A DNA stretch of 64,000 nt from Azolla caroliniana (lineage: Eukaryota; Plantae; Polypodiophyta), in NCBI GenBank assembly GCA_043228905.1, contig JBHGNT010000013.1, positions 13,020,001 through 13,084,000 on the forward strand, read 5' to 3'. A program made the translations under genes and the position numbers. Below the pieces are notes generated by a model. It saw nothing but the letters and a program-made list of their open reading frames with translations. It was not told the DNA's origin and ran no database searches. Positions 38,521 to 49,448 of this stretch are shown here, piece by piece. The number at the start of each line of letters is the position of its first letter. Positions within the stretch are counted from its first letter, which is position 1.

Positions 38521-40650
38521 AGAGGGAGAGAGACAGAGATATAAGACTTGAAATAGAACTGAGATTATATTATTACGAAATGTTGAGAGACAAGCTCAAC
38601 ATTTGTGCATAATACGATGCGTAACCCAGTGCGTAAATCGATACGCACAACATGGCCGTATCGGTGTCAAGACCACGAGGCCGTTAGGAAGATATTCCTC
38701 GTAAGGAATAATTTTGGGAATTAGTGTAGTAGGCTCATTTATGAGCGGTAAAGTATTATAAGTACTTGTGTCAGCCCGATTGTCAGGGCTTGTATAAAAG
38801 GTGATCACTGAGCACGGTGTATGTACAGATTGAGTATTATTTTGAATTGAGTTTCTGTGTGTTCTCTCTCTATGTCAGTCCTGCATATTGTTTATATTCA
38901 ACCTCTCCATTAGACCTGCGTATTTTCTGTGTTCAGTTTTCTATTGCTTCCGCACGCTATTCTTTTCAGGAAACAAGGTTACAAAGAGTAGGCTAAGGGC
39001 TAAAGATTGGTGTTGAACCGAATGAGTTTTGATGAATGAATAGACACCTATTTATAGATCCTTATGGAGTATTCTAGAATGTTCTAGAATATTCTAGATA
39101 TTAATGATATTTAATATAATCATGGAATATCCTGGAATGTTCTAGAATATTCTAGAATACTCTATATATCTTGTAATAACTAATAATATATTTATTATAA
39201 ATATATGTCATATATGTTATTATAATGGTTAAAGGTCTAACATATAGACAAAGACGTCTTGGGATCAAATCCTTGTAAGGCCAAAATGTATGTCTTCATG
39301 ACGTTATCCTCCCTTTTCAACAACGAGTTCCACTGGTCGGAAGACAAGATTTCGGACTTTGCTTATGGGAATATTTGTTGTGAAACACAGCAACCATTTC
39401 GGAAGCATTAGCAAGATTCTCGAAATCTTCCCATGTTCGATCATTAGGTGTATAACCTAACTAGTCAACCAAATAATACAATTTGTTGCGAACGATCTTG
39501 GAATCGAGAATGGAAGAAACTTCATCTTCGAAGCCATTTGAAACTTCGATTTGAGGTGGAGGAGATGTAAGACAACCTGGAATAGAGTTGGTTTTGTAGG
39601 GCTCCAAAATGAAACATGGAAGACCGGGTGAAGACGCATATGAGGGGGGAGCTCAAGGCAAAATGCCACATCATTAATCTTACAAAATATCACATATAGG
39701 CCAAAACGTTGATATTCCAATTTGCAGCAAGCTCCAGTTGTTTTAATGTCACCTTGTAAAACCCATACTCAATCTCCCACTTGAAACATAGTCAATGAAT
39801 CACGTCGATGACGGTCGGCAACCTTCTTTTGAGTGTTTTAAGCATCACATCAACAGTGCAAATCAATATCTTGAACTTCTTGGAGTCGGCTGAGCCGATC
39901 TTCAACAATTGGGTTCGTCGAGATTCGGGATGTTCAAGGATAGTCGAACAAGGATGGTACCCAATGTTTGCAAAAAATGGGGAATATCGCCCGGGGACGC
40001 AACAAGGAAAAGCAGATGCTTTATCTCGGTGTTCATATATGGAACTTCAACCAGGAGAGGCCTCATGAAAGTCAGAAGCAAATCCTCTTTGGTCTTGACC
40101 ATCTAGAACTAATGGCATTTCATGTTACAGACACACCCGGGGATTCAAGACTTCTGGACTCTATTCGGGAGCATATTGCGACTGATGAATTCACCCAAGA
40201 CATTCTGAACCATATTATCCTAGATCGTGCTTCTTGTTAACAATATCAAAATCCTCGTCAAGACTACAACAAGTTCAATTGGCATGATGGATTACTTTTT
40301 CGACAAAATCTCTTATATGTGCCTGATGGTCCTTCACGACACCCAGACTTGCAACAATGTCATGACGCACCAATGGTTGGACATTTCGCCATCCACAAGA
40401 CTTTCACGTTAATTTCTCGAAGGTATTGGTGGCCAGGACTTCGCCATTTTGTTACGGAATATGTTTGTAATTGTGATACATATTGCCGATCCAAAAGAAC
40501 TCGACATCATCCATATGGCTTATTACAGCCAATGCCTATTCCTGAGAGTCCACAGAAATCTATTCTATTGGAGTTCATTACGGATTAGCCCTTAACCTAC
40601 TCTTTGTAACCTTGTTTCCTCATAATATAATCTCATTTCCATTTCAAGTC

Positions 40651-40716
<66 letters not shown>

Positions 40717-40740
40717 CTCACGAGTCACGATAGTCCTCCA
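38521..40740. mobile_element. Chromovirus G composite remnant, copy 3
   Basis: Colinear with copies 1 and 2; lacks the MA3 insert. Confidence 0.85.
38581..38968. mobile_element. Solo LTR (388 bp) inserted in G LTR
   Basis: TGTTGAGAG...TCTTTTCA, flanks cgaaa/ggaaa (5-bp TSD, one mismatch); absent from copy 2. Confidence 0.8.
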
Positions 40741-42281
40741 ATTGTCAACATTCCTTTCCATTAAGAATAACTATTCCTTTATGCGTTTTTGGTTTGCTTA
40801 TTATCAAGCTTAGATAGATAATATCTCCAACATTTTAATGTGGACAATACTAAAATCGATTCATAAAAACTAGAAACAATTTTCCCGACTACTTATGGTG
40901 GTGGACTCAAAATCAAATGTTTGCTTCTCGGAGCTTGGAATCCTACATGTTTGGAATTTTCTTTAAAATCTTTGATGTTGTCGTCGTTGATTTAAATAGA
41001 CCCATTTTGTGGCAAACCAATACATATCAACATTTATAGAGGCGACATCTATCATGAATATTTGACCGCGTAAGCCAAATGTGTCAATATTAGCCCGACT
41101 CCATATTTTGAAAATTTCCTAATATAACCGAATATTTCTGCATTAACATAACGCAAACTAAGAAAATCATTAGACGAATTGCCCAAAATATTAATAGTTT
41201 TATTATCTCACGCTAAAAGCCAACAAAATATGGCAATTTGGCCGAGTGGTTAAGGCGTTTGAAATGAAATCAAATGGGTTTGCCCTCGTAGGTTCGAATC
41301 CTATAGTTGTCGAGATTCTTTTACTATGTTTTGGAAACTTTTTACTAACATTGAGCTTTTATGCTTTAAACATTAAATATCCCAATAGTAATCTAATGTA
41401 TGTGCACTAACATACTTGTGAAAACTTAAATCGTATCGCTACCCAAAGAATAAAGACTCATTCTTTCCCAATTTCCTACCTTATTAGCATGCTTAGATAG
41501 AACATATTTCCAACATTTAATTACAACCAATACTAAAATATGTTATCGTAGATGGCTACGTAGGAAAATTAAGCTGAGTTGTTAAGGCGTTTGAGTAGAT
41601 ATGAAATGTGTTCCCCCTCGTAGGTTTGAGCTTGACATAAGCTATAAAATAAATATCCCATCTTAGGAAGAAGTGGTCAACATATAGAGTAAACTAAAAA
41701 AAATTTAACACATTTGTGAACATTGGCTTCCCTATCTATCATTAAAACAGGCTTACCTAATGAAATATAATTGCAATAAGCTAGTAGTGAACACATAAAG
41801 AGTAGCATTACCTTAAGAATAACTACTCTTTCTGGCATTTTTCTTTCGCTTATTATCAAGCATAGATAGTACATGCCAACAAAATACGGTAATTTGGGCG
41901 ATTGGTTAAGGCGTTTGACTTGAAAGCAAATGGGTTCGCCCTCGCAGGTTCGAATCCTGCAGTTGCCGACATTCTTCCATTTAGGTGTTGAAACTGTTCA
42001 CTAACATTGCATTCTTCCATTTAGGTGTTTGAAATTGTTCACTAACATTGAGCTTCTATTCTTTAAATAGTAAATATCCCATTTTAGGAACAAGACTCAC
42101 AGAGGAAACATGACTTTTAATGTCCCATGTGTTAATATTAGGTTCCCCAAGGATTGGAGAAAAAATAAAGACTTATAATTGTCATGTTTCCTGCTTTATT
42201 AGCATGCTTAGAAAGATAATATTTGCAACATTTAATTCCAAATAATACTAAAATATGTAACTATCATTAATAGCAAAAAAG

Positions 42282-42362
42282 GACAACTTGGCCGAGTGGT
42301 TAAGGCGTTCGACTTGAAATCAAATGGGTTCGCCCTCGTAGGTTCGAATCCTGCAGTTGTCG
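42282..42362 (+). tRNA. tRNA-Ser(TGA), near intact
   Basis: Identical to 10768-10848; downstream TTTT. Confidence 0.8.
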
Positions 42363-43197
42363 ACATTCTTTTCCCTTAGGAATAACTACTCCTTCGTGCG
42401 TTTTTGGTTTGCTTATTATCAAGCTTAGATAGATAGTATCTCCAACATTTTAGTGTGCACAACACTCAAATCGATTCATGAAAACTAGAAACAATTTTCC
42501 CGACTACTTATGGTGGTTGATTCAAAATCAAATGTTTGCTTCTTGGAGCTTAGAATCCTACATTTTGTAGACTTTCTTTTAGAATCTTTGATGTTGTTGT
42601 CTTTGATGTTGTTGTCTTTGATTTACATCAAGTCATTGTGTGGCAAACCAATACATATCCCAATTTAGAGAGGCGACATCTATTATGAATATTTAACCCC
42701 TAGCGCCAAATGTGTTAATATTAGCCCGACTCCATATTTTCAAAATTTCCTAATATAACTGAATATTTTTGCATTAACAAAATGCCAACTAAGATAATCA
42801 TTAGACGGATTGCCCAAAATATTCATAGTTGTACTATTTCATGGTAGAAGCCAACCAAATATGGCAATTTGGCCAAGTGGTTAAGGCGTTTGACTTGAAA
42901 TCATATGGGTTCACCCTTGTAGGTTCAAATCTTGCAATTGTCGAGATTCTTTTACTATGTTGTGGAAACTATTTACTAACATTGAGCTTTTGTGCTTTAA
43001 ACATTAAATATCCCAATAGTATTTAAATGTATGTGCACTAACATACTTGTCAACACTTAAATCATATCACTACCCAAAGAATAAAGACTTATACTAGTCC
43101 TCTTTTCTGCTTTATTAGCATGCTTAGATATATAATATTTGCTACATTTAATTACAACCAACACTAAAATATGTAACTATGACAAAGAGCAAAATAG

Positions 43198-43278
43198 GAC
43201 AACTTGGCTGAGTGGTTAAGGCGTTTGACTAGAAATCAAATGGGTTCGCCCTCGTATGTTCGAATCTTGTAGTTGTCG
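43198..43278 (+). pseudogene. tRNA-Ser(AGA), T-stem weakened
   Basis: GTATG/CTTGT T-stem; other arms pair. Confidence 0.65.
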
Positions 43279-43427
43279 ACTTTGTTTCAGTTAGTTGTTG
43301 ACTACTTTCAATAACATCGATATTTTGTGATGTGAACCAATGCATCTTCCGTCTTAGCAATGTGACACGCACACAAGCATGACTTCTTAAGTCCCATGGA
43401 ACAATTTTCGCAATATAAAGCTAGTAT

Positions 43428-43508
43428 GACAATTTGGCCGAGTGGTTAAGGTGTTTGACTCGAAATCAAATGGGTTCTTCCTCGTAAATTCAAATATTGC
43501 AGTTGTCG
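43428..43508 (+). pseudogene. tRNA-Ser(CGA) pseudogene
   Basis: CT CGA AA loop; B box decayed. Confidence 0.75.
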
Positions 43509-44183
43509 AGATTTTTGCACTTAGGTATTATTGCTAGTAACTTATATCGAGCTTGACATGTGCTCAACAATAAATATCCCATCTTAGAAAGCATTGGTCA
43601 CCACACAGAGAAAACTAAACTTTCTAAGATGCATTTTTGAACATTGGCTTCCGTAGGTATCGTAAACACAAGCTCACCTAGTGAAATATAACTGCGATAA
43701 TCTACTAGTGAACACATAAATAGTAGTATTACCTTAAGAATAACTACTCTTTCTAGCGTTTTGGTTCGCTTATTATCAAGCTTAGATAGATAATATCTCC
43801 AACATTTTAGTGTGGACAATACTCAAATCGATTCATGAAAACTAGAAACACTTTGCCCGAGTGCTTATGGTGGTTGTACTATCTCATAAAAGCCAACAAA
43901 AAATGGCAATTTGGCCGAGTAGTTAAGGCAGTTGATTTGAAATCAAATGTGTTCGCCCTCGTAGGTTCGAAGCCTGCAATTGTCGAGATTCTTTTACTAA
44001 GTTGTGGAAATCGTTTACTAACATTGAGCTTCTGTGCTTTAAACATTAAATATCTCAATAGTATTCAAATGTATGTGCACAAACATACTTGTCAACACTT
44101 AAATCGTATCGCTACCCAAAGAATAAAGACTTATAATAGACCTCTTTTCTGCTTTATTAGCGTGCTTAGATAGATAATATTTT

Positions 44184-44570
44184 TGTAAAGAATCAAGAGA
44201 TGGATTCTTGTGAAGCGGAAGAGATGTGAGTTATGTGTGTGTGTGTAAGAGAGAGAGAGAGAGAGAGAGAGTGAAACACAGAGAATACGCAAGGTAAAAG
44301 TCTATTGACATAGGAGAAAGACTCAACATTATACATGGTGGGAGGAGGGTGCTTTATGTAGTCACCCTCTCTCTTCATTAACTACAAGACTCATAGAGCA
44401 TGGGGAATGTGAAAGCTCATAAGTTATGTGTCATAGAATATGATTCTATGACTCATACTAAATGCTAGAATACAAACTGGTGACATAATGGTGACTCTTG
44501 ACTGTTGGAGTGTCTCTTCACTCTCAAGGTGAGTTCACATACTATACCAAGTTGAGCTTGATTCTCAACA
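44184..44570 (-). repeat. Copia C 3' LTR
   Basis: TG...CA, 387 bp, adjacent AGCTTGAGGGGGCA tract. Confidence 0.9.
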
Positions 44571-44798
44571 TGCCCCCTCAAGCTCAAGTCGGGTCGGTTT
44601 CAGATGGTATTCGAAATCTGCTTCAACTCGCGTTCCGGAGTCCACGTCGACTTGCTTTATGCGGAGTTTCGGAATCCGTGCTCCAGCTTGCGTTGTGCGT
44701 AGTTACGAAGTTTGTGCTTCGGCTTGCGTCTTTCTTCGCGGCTTTGCACTGTAGATCGGCTCTTCACTGCTTCATTGTGTGGTTGCGGAATCCACGCG

Positions 44799-45899
44799 TT
44801 ATTGTGTAGTGTCTTTAGTACTCCCCCTCAAGCTTGGCAGATCAGGGATCGTCAATCCGAGATCGGTCATGAATTGGCATAGCTTGTCGGCTCCTAAGGC
44901 TTTGGTGAAGATGTCGGTCGTTTGAAGATTGGTGCTAATGTGTTGTAGATCGACATCGCCAGCCAGAACGCGCTCTCGGATGAAGTGATAGTGCACTTCG
45001 ATGTGCTTTGTCCGCGCGTGGAACACCGGGTTCCGAGCCAGATAGATACTGCTCATGTTGTTGCAGTAAAGGGAAGTCGGATCCTTGATGGGTACGCCCA
45101 AATCCTTCAAAATCCTCTTGAGCCATACGACTTCACACGCAGCTACGGTTGTGCCCCTGTATTCCGCCTCCGTACTCGAAAGAGCGACGGTAGGCTGCTT
45201 CTTACTACTTCAGGATATTGCTCCGCTGCCGAGGGAGAAAACAAATCCGGAGGTTGATCTTCTATCAGCTTTGTAGCCTGCCCAATCGGCATTTGTGTAC
45301 ACCTCAAGTCGTATTGGCATCGCGATTTTGTAGAGGATGCCGCAATCCATTGTGTCGCTCACATAGCGTAGAACTCGCTTAGCGCAATCCAAGTGAGTAT
45401 CACGCGGTGTTTGCATGAATTGGCTAAGGAGACCAACCGGATAACTAAGATCGGGTCGTGTGATCGTGAGGTAGATGAGACTCCCGATGAGTTGCCGATA
45501 CTGAGTTGGTTCACACACTTTGGTGTCGGACTTCGCATCTATTTTGAGATTACGATCGAGCAGGGTTGCCACGGATTTGCACTCAGCCATCCCGAACATG
45601 TACAGTAAGTTGAGGATGTAGTGCCGTTTGGAGATCATGATTCCGGCCGGAGTCCGAATTACCTCAATGTCGAGGAATTGGTGGAGCTCCTGCATGTCCG
45701 TCATCTCGAACTTGTCGGAAAGGAGGGATTTGACCTTATTGATTTCGACGAGATGCTCACCTCCAATGACTAGGTCATCCACATATAAGATGATGACGAT
45801 CGGAGTTGCGGAATCGCTTCGTATGTAGAGGGAGTTGTCCGATTTTGACATATGGAAGCCGATTTGATGAAGATATTGCGTTATCTTCGAATGCCAAGC
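44799..45899 (-). pseudogene. Copia C RT C-terminal part and RNase H
   Basis: ORFs 45210-45851 and 44799-45110 separated by a stop. Confidence 0.9.
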
Positions 45900-47237
45900 A
45901 CGCTGTCATGAAGAAAACCGTCCCTTGGTGCAATCGGTGAATAGCGCCCATGAACCGGCCCTTCACGTGTGTGCGCTCTTAATGTATATAATAGAGAATT
46001 AGGTACATAGAGATATCCTGGGTAGTTAGATTCGGTAGGTAGGAAGTAAATGAGGGAGAGGGCTCCCTTCTTGACGCTATAAAGGAGAGGGAGACGCAGG
46101 GAGAAAGTCATCGCGCATTGAGGACGAAGTGCTATCGGACTGGAACCGAACGCTTCTCCTCTAATCGTTCCCCATCGCTCTTCTCTACAGGGTTTCGGGA
46201 GGCTCGCACTACTTCGAGGAACGCCCGTGTGCTTCCGGCAGCACCTCCACCCTTTTCTCCTTTCGTGCGCAGACGAACAGGCGTCGGCATCTGTTCGTCG
46301 GCCTGTTCGGTTGTAACCGCTCGCATGCTCTGTTGTGTACTTGATATTTGTTAATATACAAACACTTGTGTCTCCCTGTCTTTGTGTCCATTCGCGTCTT
46401 CTGTCTTGACGGGCCATGCCCCCCCCCTTGTGTTTCTTTGCTCATACATGACCGGGCGTCGCTCTCTTTCTCTTTCCCCTTCAATCACCTGCTCTTCGGT
46501 TCAAGACCCCGGTGGTCCCGCCTCGTCTCTCCACACACGCTGTCGTGAAGAAAACCGCCCACAAGAGGAATCGGAGGAACAAGGCGTGGGGAAACGGCTC
46601 TACACACACACGCGCGCCAAGAAGTACCTAAGGGCGAAGTAGGTACGTACGAGGATCCTAGGTGGGTAGATTCGGTTGGTATGCAGTTAATGCCAAACGG
46701 CCTCTTGACAGGATATAAAAGGAGGAGGAAGAATAGAAGTGGGGGATCTCGCGCGGAGAGGAGGAAGTGCTGCCGAACCGATTTCGGAGCTCCTCTCTCA
46801 CTCCTGCTTTCTCTGTCTTCTGCTCCATCGCGTACCTGTGCTGGTTTCGAGGAGGCTTGCGCTGTTCCGTGGAACGCCCCGAGTGCGTCCTGCAGCACCT
46901 CCGACCTGTTTTCCCTTTCTGTGCGTCGCGACATACAGGGGTCGGCATCTGTTCGCCGCCCTGTTCGTTTTCGTTAGTATCTATTCCGTGCCCCACCGTG
47001 GGTTGTAATACTTTAGTCTGTTATTTTCTTGCATTCATAAGCACATATCTTTCGTTGTTGCGTCCATCTGCGTCGGCGTTTATTTGTGATCTCTGTTTGT
47101 TGGGCCGTGTCCCTGTGCAATCTTCGGTTCTGTGTAATCGGGTCTCTCTCTTACTCCGCTCTCTCTTGCTCTTCGGTCCAAGACCCTCGTGGTCCCTCCT
47201 CCTTTCTGCACGCAAGGGCGTAGCAACCCCGACATCT

Positions 47238-47255
47238 TGGTGAACCCGACGTGAA
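47238..47255 (+). promoter_or_regulatory. Primer binding site, tRNA-Trp
   Basis: TGGTGAACCCGACGTGAA, complementary to the plant cytosolic tRNA-Trp 3' end as recalled (..TTCACGTCGGGTTCACCA). Confidence 0.85.
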
Positions 47256-47277
47256 AGAGGCGGCAGAAGAGCAGGAA

Positions 47278-49404
47278 ATGAGGGGGTCGGATCTCGCAGA
47301 GGCCATGGCTTCGGCCGTGGATCGGATTGTAAACGCGCGCGAGAGCACCGGTGCCCTCGACAGAGCTATTGAGGCGGTCGTCGGCACGATCGGCCGGTTC
47401 GATGGGAAGGATGCCACGAAGTATTTGGCGTCCTACGGTGCAGAGATGCTGATGCGGGACATTCCGGAAGAAAGGCGTCTTGCCGGATTTCCCCGAGTAG
47501 CGATGCCGAGCATCCATGCGGAGGTGCTCGAGGTGCGGACGGAGAGCCGTACCTGGGAGGAGTTCGAAGGTCGGCTCCTAGAGAAATACGGGCTGGACGA
47601 CGCGCTCCGGCTTTCGAAGCGAAGGTTCATGGAATGGGTGGAGTCCCCGGGGAAGGGAAGAAACGCGTCGGCGCTCCTCCGGGAGTTCGAGGAAAACTTT
47701 GCGCGCCTTTCGGCGCTCGACCGAACCATCCTGGACACGAGCCGGGTCTTGCTGTTTGTCAAGTCGGTCGACGAGCGGGATCGGGAGCAAGTGGGCTTCT
47801 TGCTGGAGACCGAAGACGGGCTCACTACCGACTGGGCGGCTGTCAGGAAGGTCTGTGGCCGTTTCGACAAACGGCGAGAATGGGCGGATAACGGGGCGAC
47901 CGGGTCGGGCTCGGTCGCAGCAAGGAAGCTCGAACCAGCGCCACAGGTGCGCAAGGAAGAGACCCGGGAGTGGTTGGAAACCGGTTCGGCTTCGACCGGC
48001 GTAGTCAGAGGCTCAACCGGAGGAGCGGCGCTGGAGGAATTGACGAAGGCGATAAAGGACCTCCAAATCGCGCAGGCCCGAAGGGAAGGAGGCGAACCGG
48101 CTCGTGACCGACGGCCGGCGGCAGGAAACAGGTGCATGTGGTGCGATGAAGTCGGCCACATTCGGAAGGACTGCGGCGACTTCGCGGAGGCGCTGAGGAA
48201 CAGGGTAGTGTACCTGTGGGAAGGACGGGTGCATGCCAGCGACACCCGAAGGGTCCTGAGCCGAAACGACGGAAAAGGCGGTATGAAAAGGGTGATGGAA
48301 GAGGCGGCGGCCCGACACGCGGAAACCGTCCACTACTCGGCGTCGGCCGGCATTCGAGTCGGGGGCGGCGAGGCCCGGAGGGAAAGCAAAGCCGGATTCT
48401 GGCCGACGGTGCTGGAAGGCCTTGCCGATACGAGGATGAAGAGGGAAGAATCGGACCGTGCGGAGAAACTGGTACGGGAGATGACCGGGTGGAGCGACCC
48501 GGTCGAGGAAAGGACGGGCTTCGTGGAAGCTGCTTGCCAGAACTACGAGGCTCTGGTAGAAGAGAAGCGGGTGGGGAGACCCGGGACGACCGGGCCCTCA
48601 CAACGATACGAGACCCGGTCCGGGCCACGACGGGACGAAGCCGGCGGGGCCGGTACGCAAGATAAACCCCAGAAGGGCGGGTACCGTCTGGGGACGGAGA
48701 TAGAAAGGACCACGGACTTACGAAAGGTCCTGGAGGAACGGATCCTCGACAGCAAGGTGGAGCTGTCGTTACGAGAGGTGCTGGGAATCGCCAAGAAGGA
48801 GTTCCACGACTCCATCGTGGACTTGGTGAAACGGAAGAGGCTGTCGACGGAGACAGAACCGGAAAGACCGGTGGAAGTGCGGACGACGCACCTAGACGAC
48901 ATGGCGCTGGGAGACGAGTGGGCGGAAAGCCACTATTCGAGACCACACTGGGCCCGAGCGACCACGGAAACCCCGGTGAAGATCGGCGATGTCCGGGAAC
49001 CGGTGATAGCTTTGGTGGACCACGGATCGGAGATCAATTTGATGTCCATGGACTTCTATAAGAAGGGCAAATGGCCGATCAACACCAAGCACGGGTGGAA
49101 AATAAGGGCAGCAACGCGCGCCACCGAGGAACTGCACGGGGCCTGTCCGAATGTGCGAGTCAAGATTGGCGACGTCGAGATTGACCAGCACTTCTTCGTG
49201 CAGGAGACGTCTTCGCATCCGGTCATTCTGGGAGAGCCGTACATCACGGCGGCGCGAATGGAGACCAAAGTGCTGGACAATGGTTCGGCCTACGCGAGGG
49301 TCAAAAGCCAAGACGGGCGCCATTCGGTCCAGTTTCTGACGGTAAGGCCGAACCACGAACGTAACCGCGATTCCCTCGGTTCCGAAAACCGAGAGGATTT
49401 TTAG
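47278..49404 (+). CDS. gag: Gypsy B Gag-protease polyprotein
   Basis: Open frame from first ATG at 47278; CMWCDEVGHIRKDC knuckle; ALVDHGSEINLM...VILGEPY protease-like motifs. Confidence 0.9.
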   Translation: MRGSDLAEAMASAVDRIVNARESTGALDRAIEAVVGTIGRFDGKDATKYLASYGAEMLMRDIPEERRLAGFPRVAMPSIHAEVLEVRTESRTWEEFEGRLLEKYGLDDALRLSKRRFMEWVESPGKGRNASALLREFEENFARLSALDRTILDTSRVLLFVKSVDERDREQVGFLLETEDGLTTDWAAVRKVCGRFDKRREWADNGATGSGSVAARKLEPAPQVRKEETREWLETGSASTGVVRGSTGGAALEELTKAIKDLQIAQARREGGEPARDRRPAAGNRCMWCDEVGHIRKDCGDFAEALRNRVVYLWEGRVHASDTRRVLSRNDGKGGMKRVMEEAAARHAETVHYSASAGIRVGGGEARRESKAGFWPTVLEGLADTRMKREESDRAEKLVREMTGWSDPVEERTGFVEAACQNYEALVEEKRVGRPGTTGPSQRYETRSGPRRDEAGGAGTQDKPQKGGYRLGTEIERTTDLRKVLEERILDSKVELSLREVLGIAKKEFHDSIVDLVKRKRLSTETEPERPVEVRTTHLDDMALGDEWAESHYSRPHWARATTETPVKIGDVREPVIALVDHGSEINLMSMDFYKKGKWPINTKHGWKIRAATRATEELHGACPNVRVKIGDVEIDQHFFVQETSSHPVILGEPYITAARMETKVLDNGSAYARVKSQDGRHSVQFLTVRPNHERNRDSLGSENREDF

Positions 49405-49448
49405 AGAGGACTGCCAAGGCGTGGGGCCGCGACAGTCCGGACACCCCA
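49395..49448 (+). promoter_or_regulatory. Candidate -1 ribosomal frameshift signal (G GAT TTT plus stem/pseudoknot)
   Basis: Heptamer directly before gag stop; -1 frame open into RT; GGACTG/CAGTCC stem 6 nt downstream; TGGGG/CCCCA second stem. Confidence 0.7.

Larger units (their letters stand above)
40741..44183 (+). repeat. tRNA-Ser array block 7 (41232, 41564, 41888, 42282, 42863, 43198, 43428, 43905 plus ghosts)
   Basis: Colinear duplicate of block 2. Confidence 0.9.

Noticed and set aside
3886-44173. Recurrent short ORFs in array spacers (MYYFMVE.., MKTRNNFP.., MIFLVCVMLM..)
   Set aside because: They overlap tRNA bodies, have stops at varying positions and are by-products of the repeat.
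2466-44183. CRISPR-like repeat-spacer array
   Set aside because: Repeats are 81-nt tRNA cloverleaves, spacers are long and themselves repeated, no cas genes, eukaryotic context.
2466-44183. tRNA-derived SINE family
   Set aside because: No poly(A) tails or individual TSDs seen; copies share upstream as well as downstream flanks and are all co-oriented, indicating DNA-level amplification.
2466-44183. Dicistronic tRNA-snoRNA units
   Set aside because: No convincing conserved C/D or H/ACA box pairs visible downstream of the tRNAs; not formally excluded without an Rfam scan.
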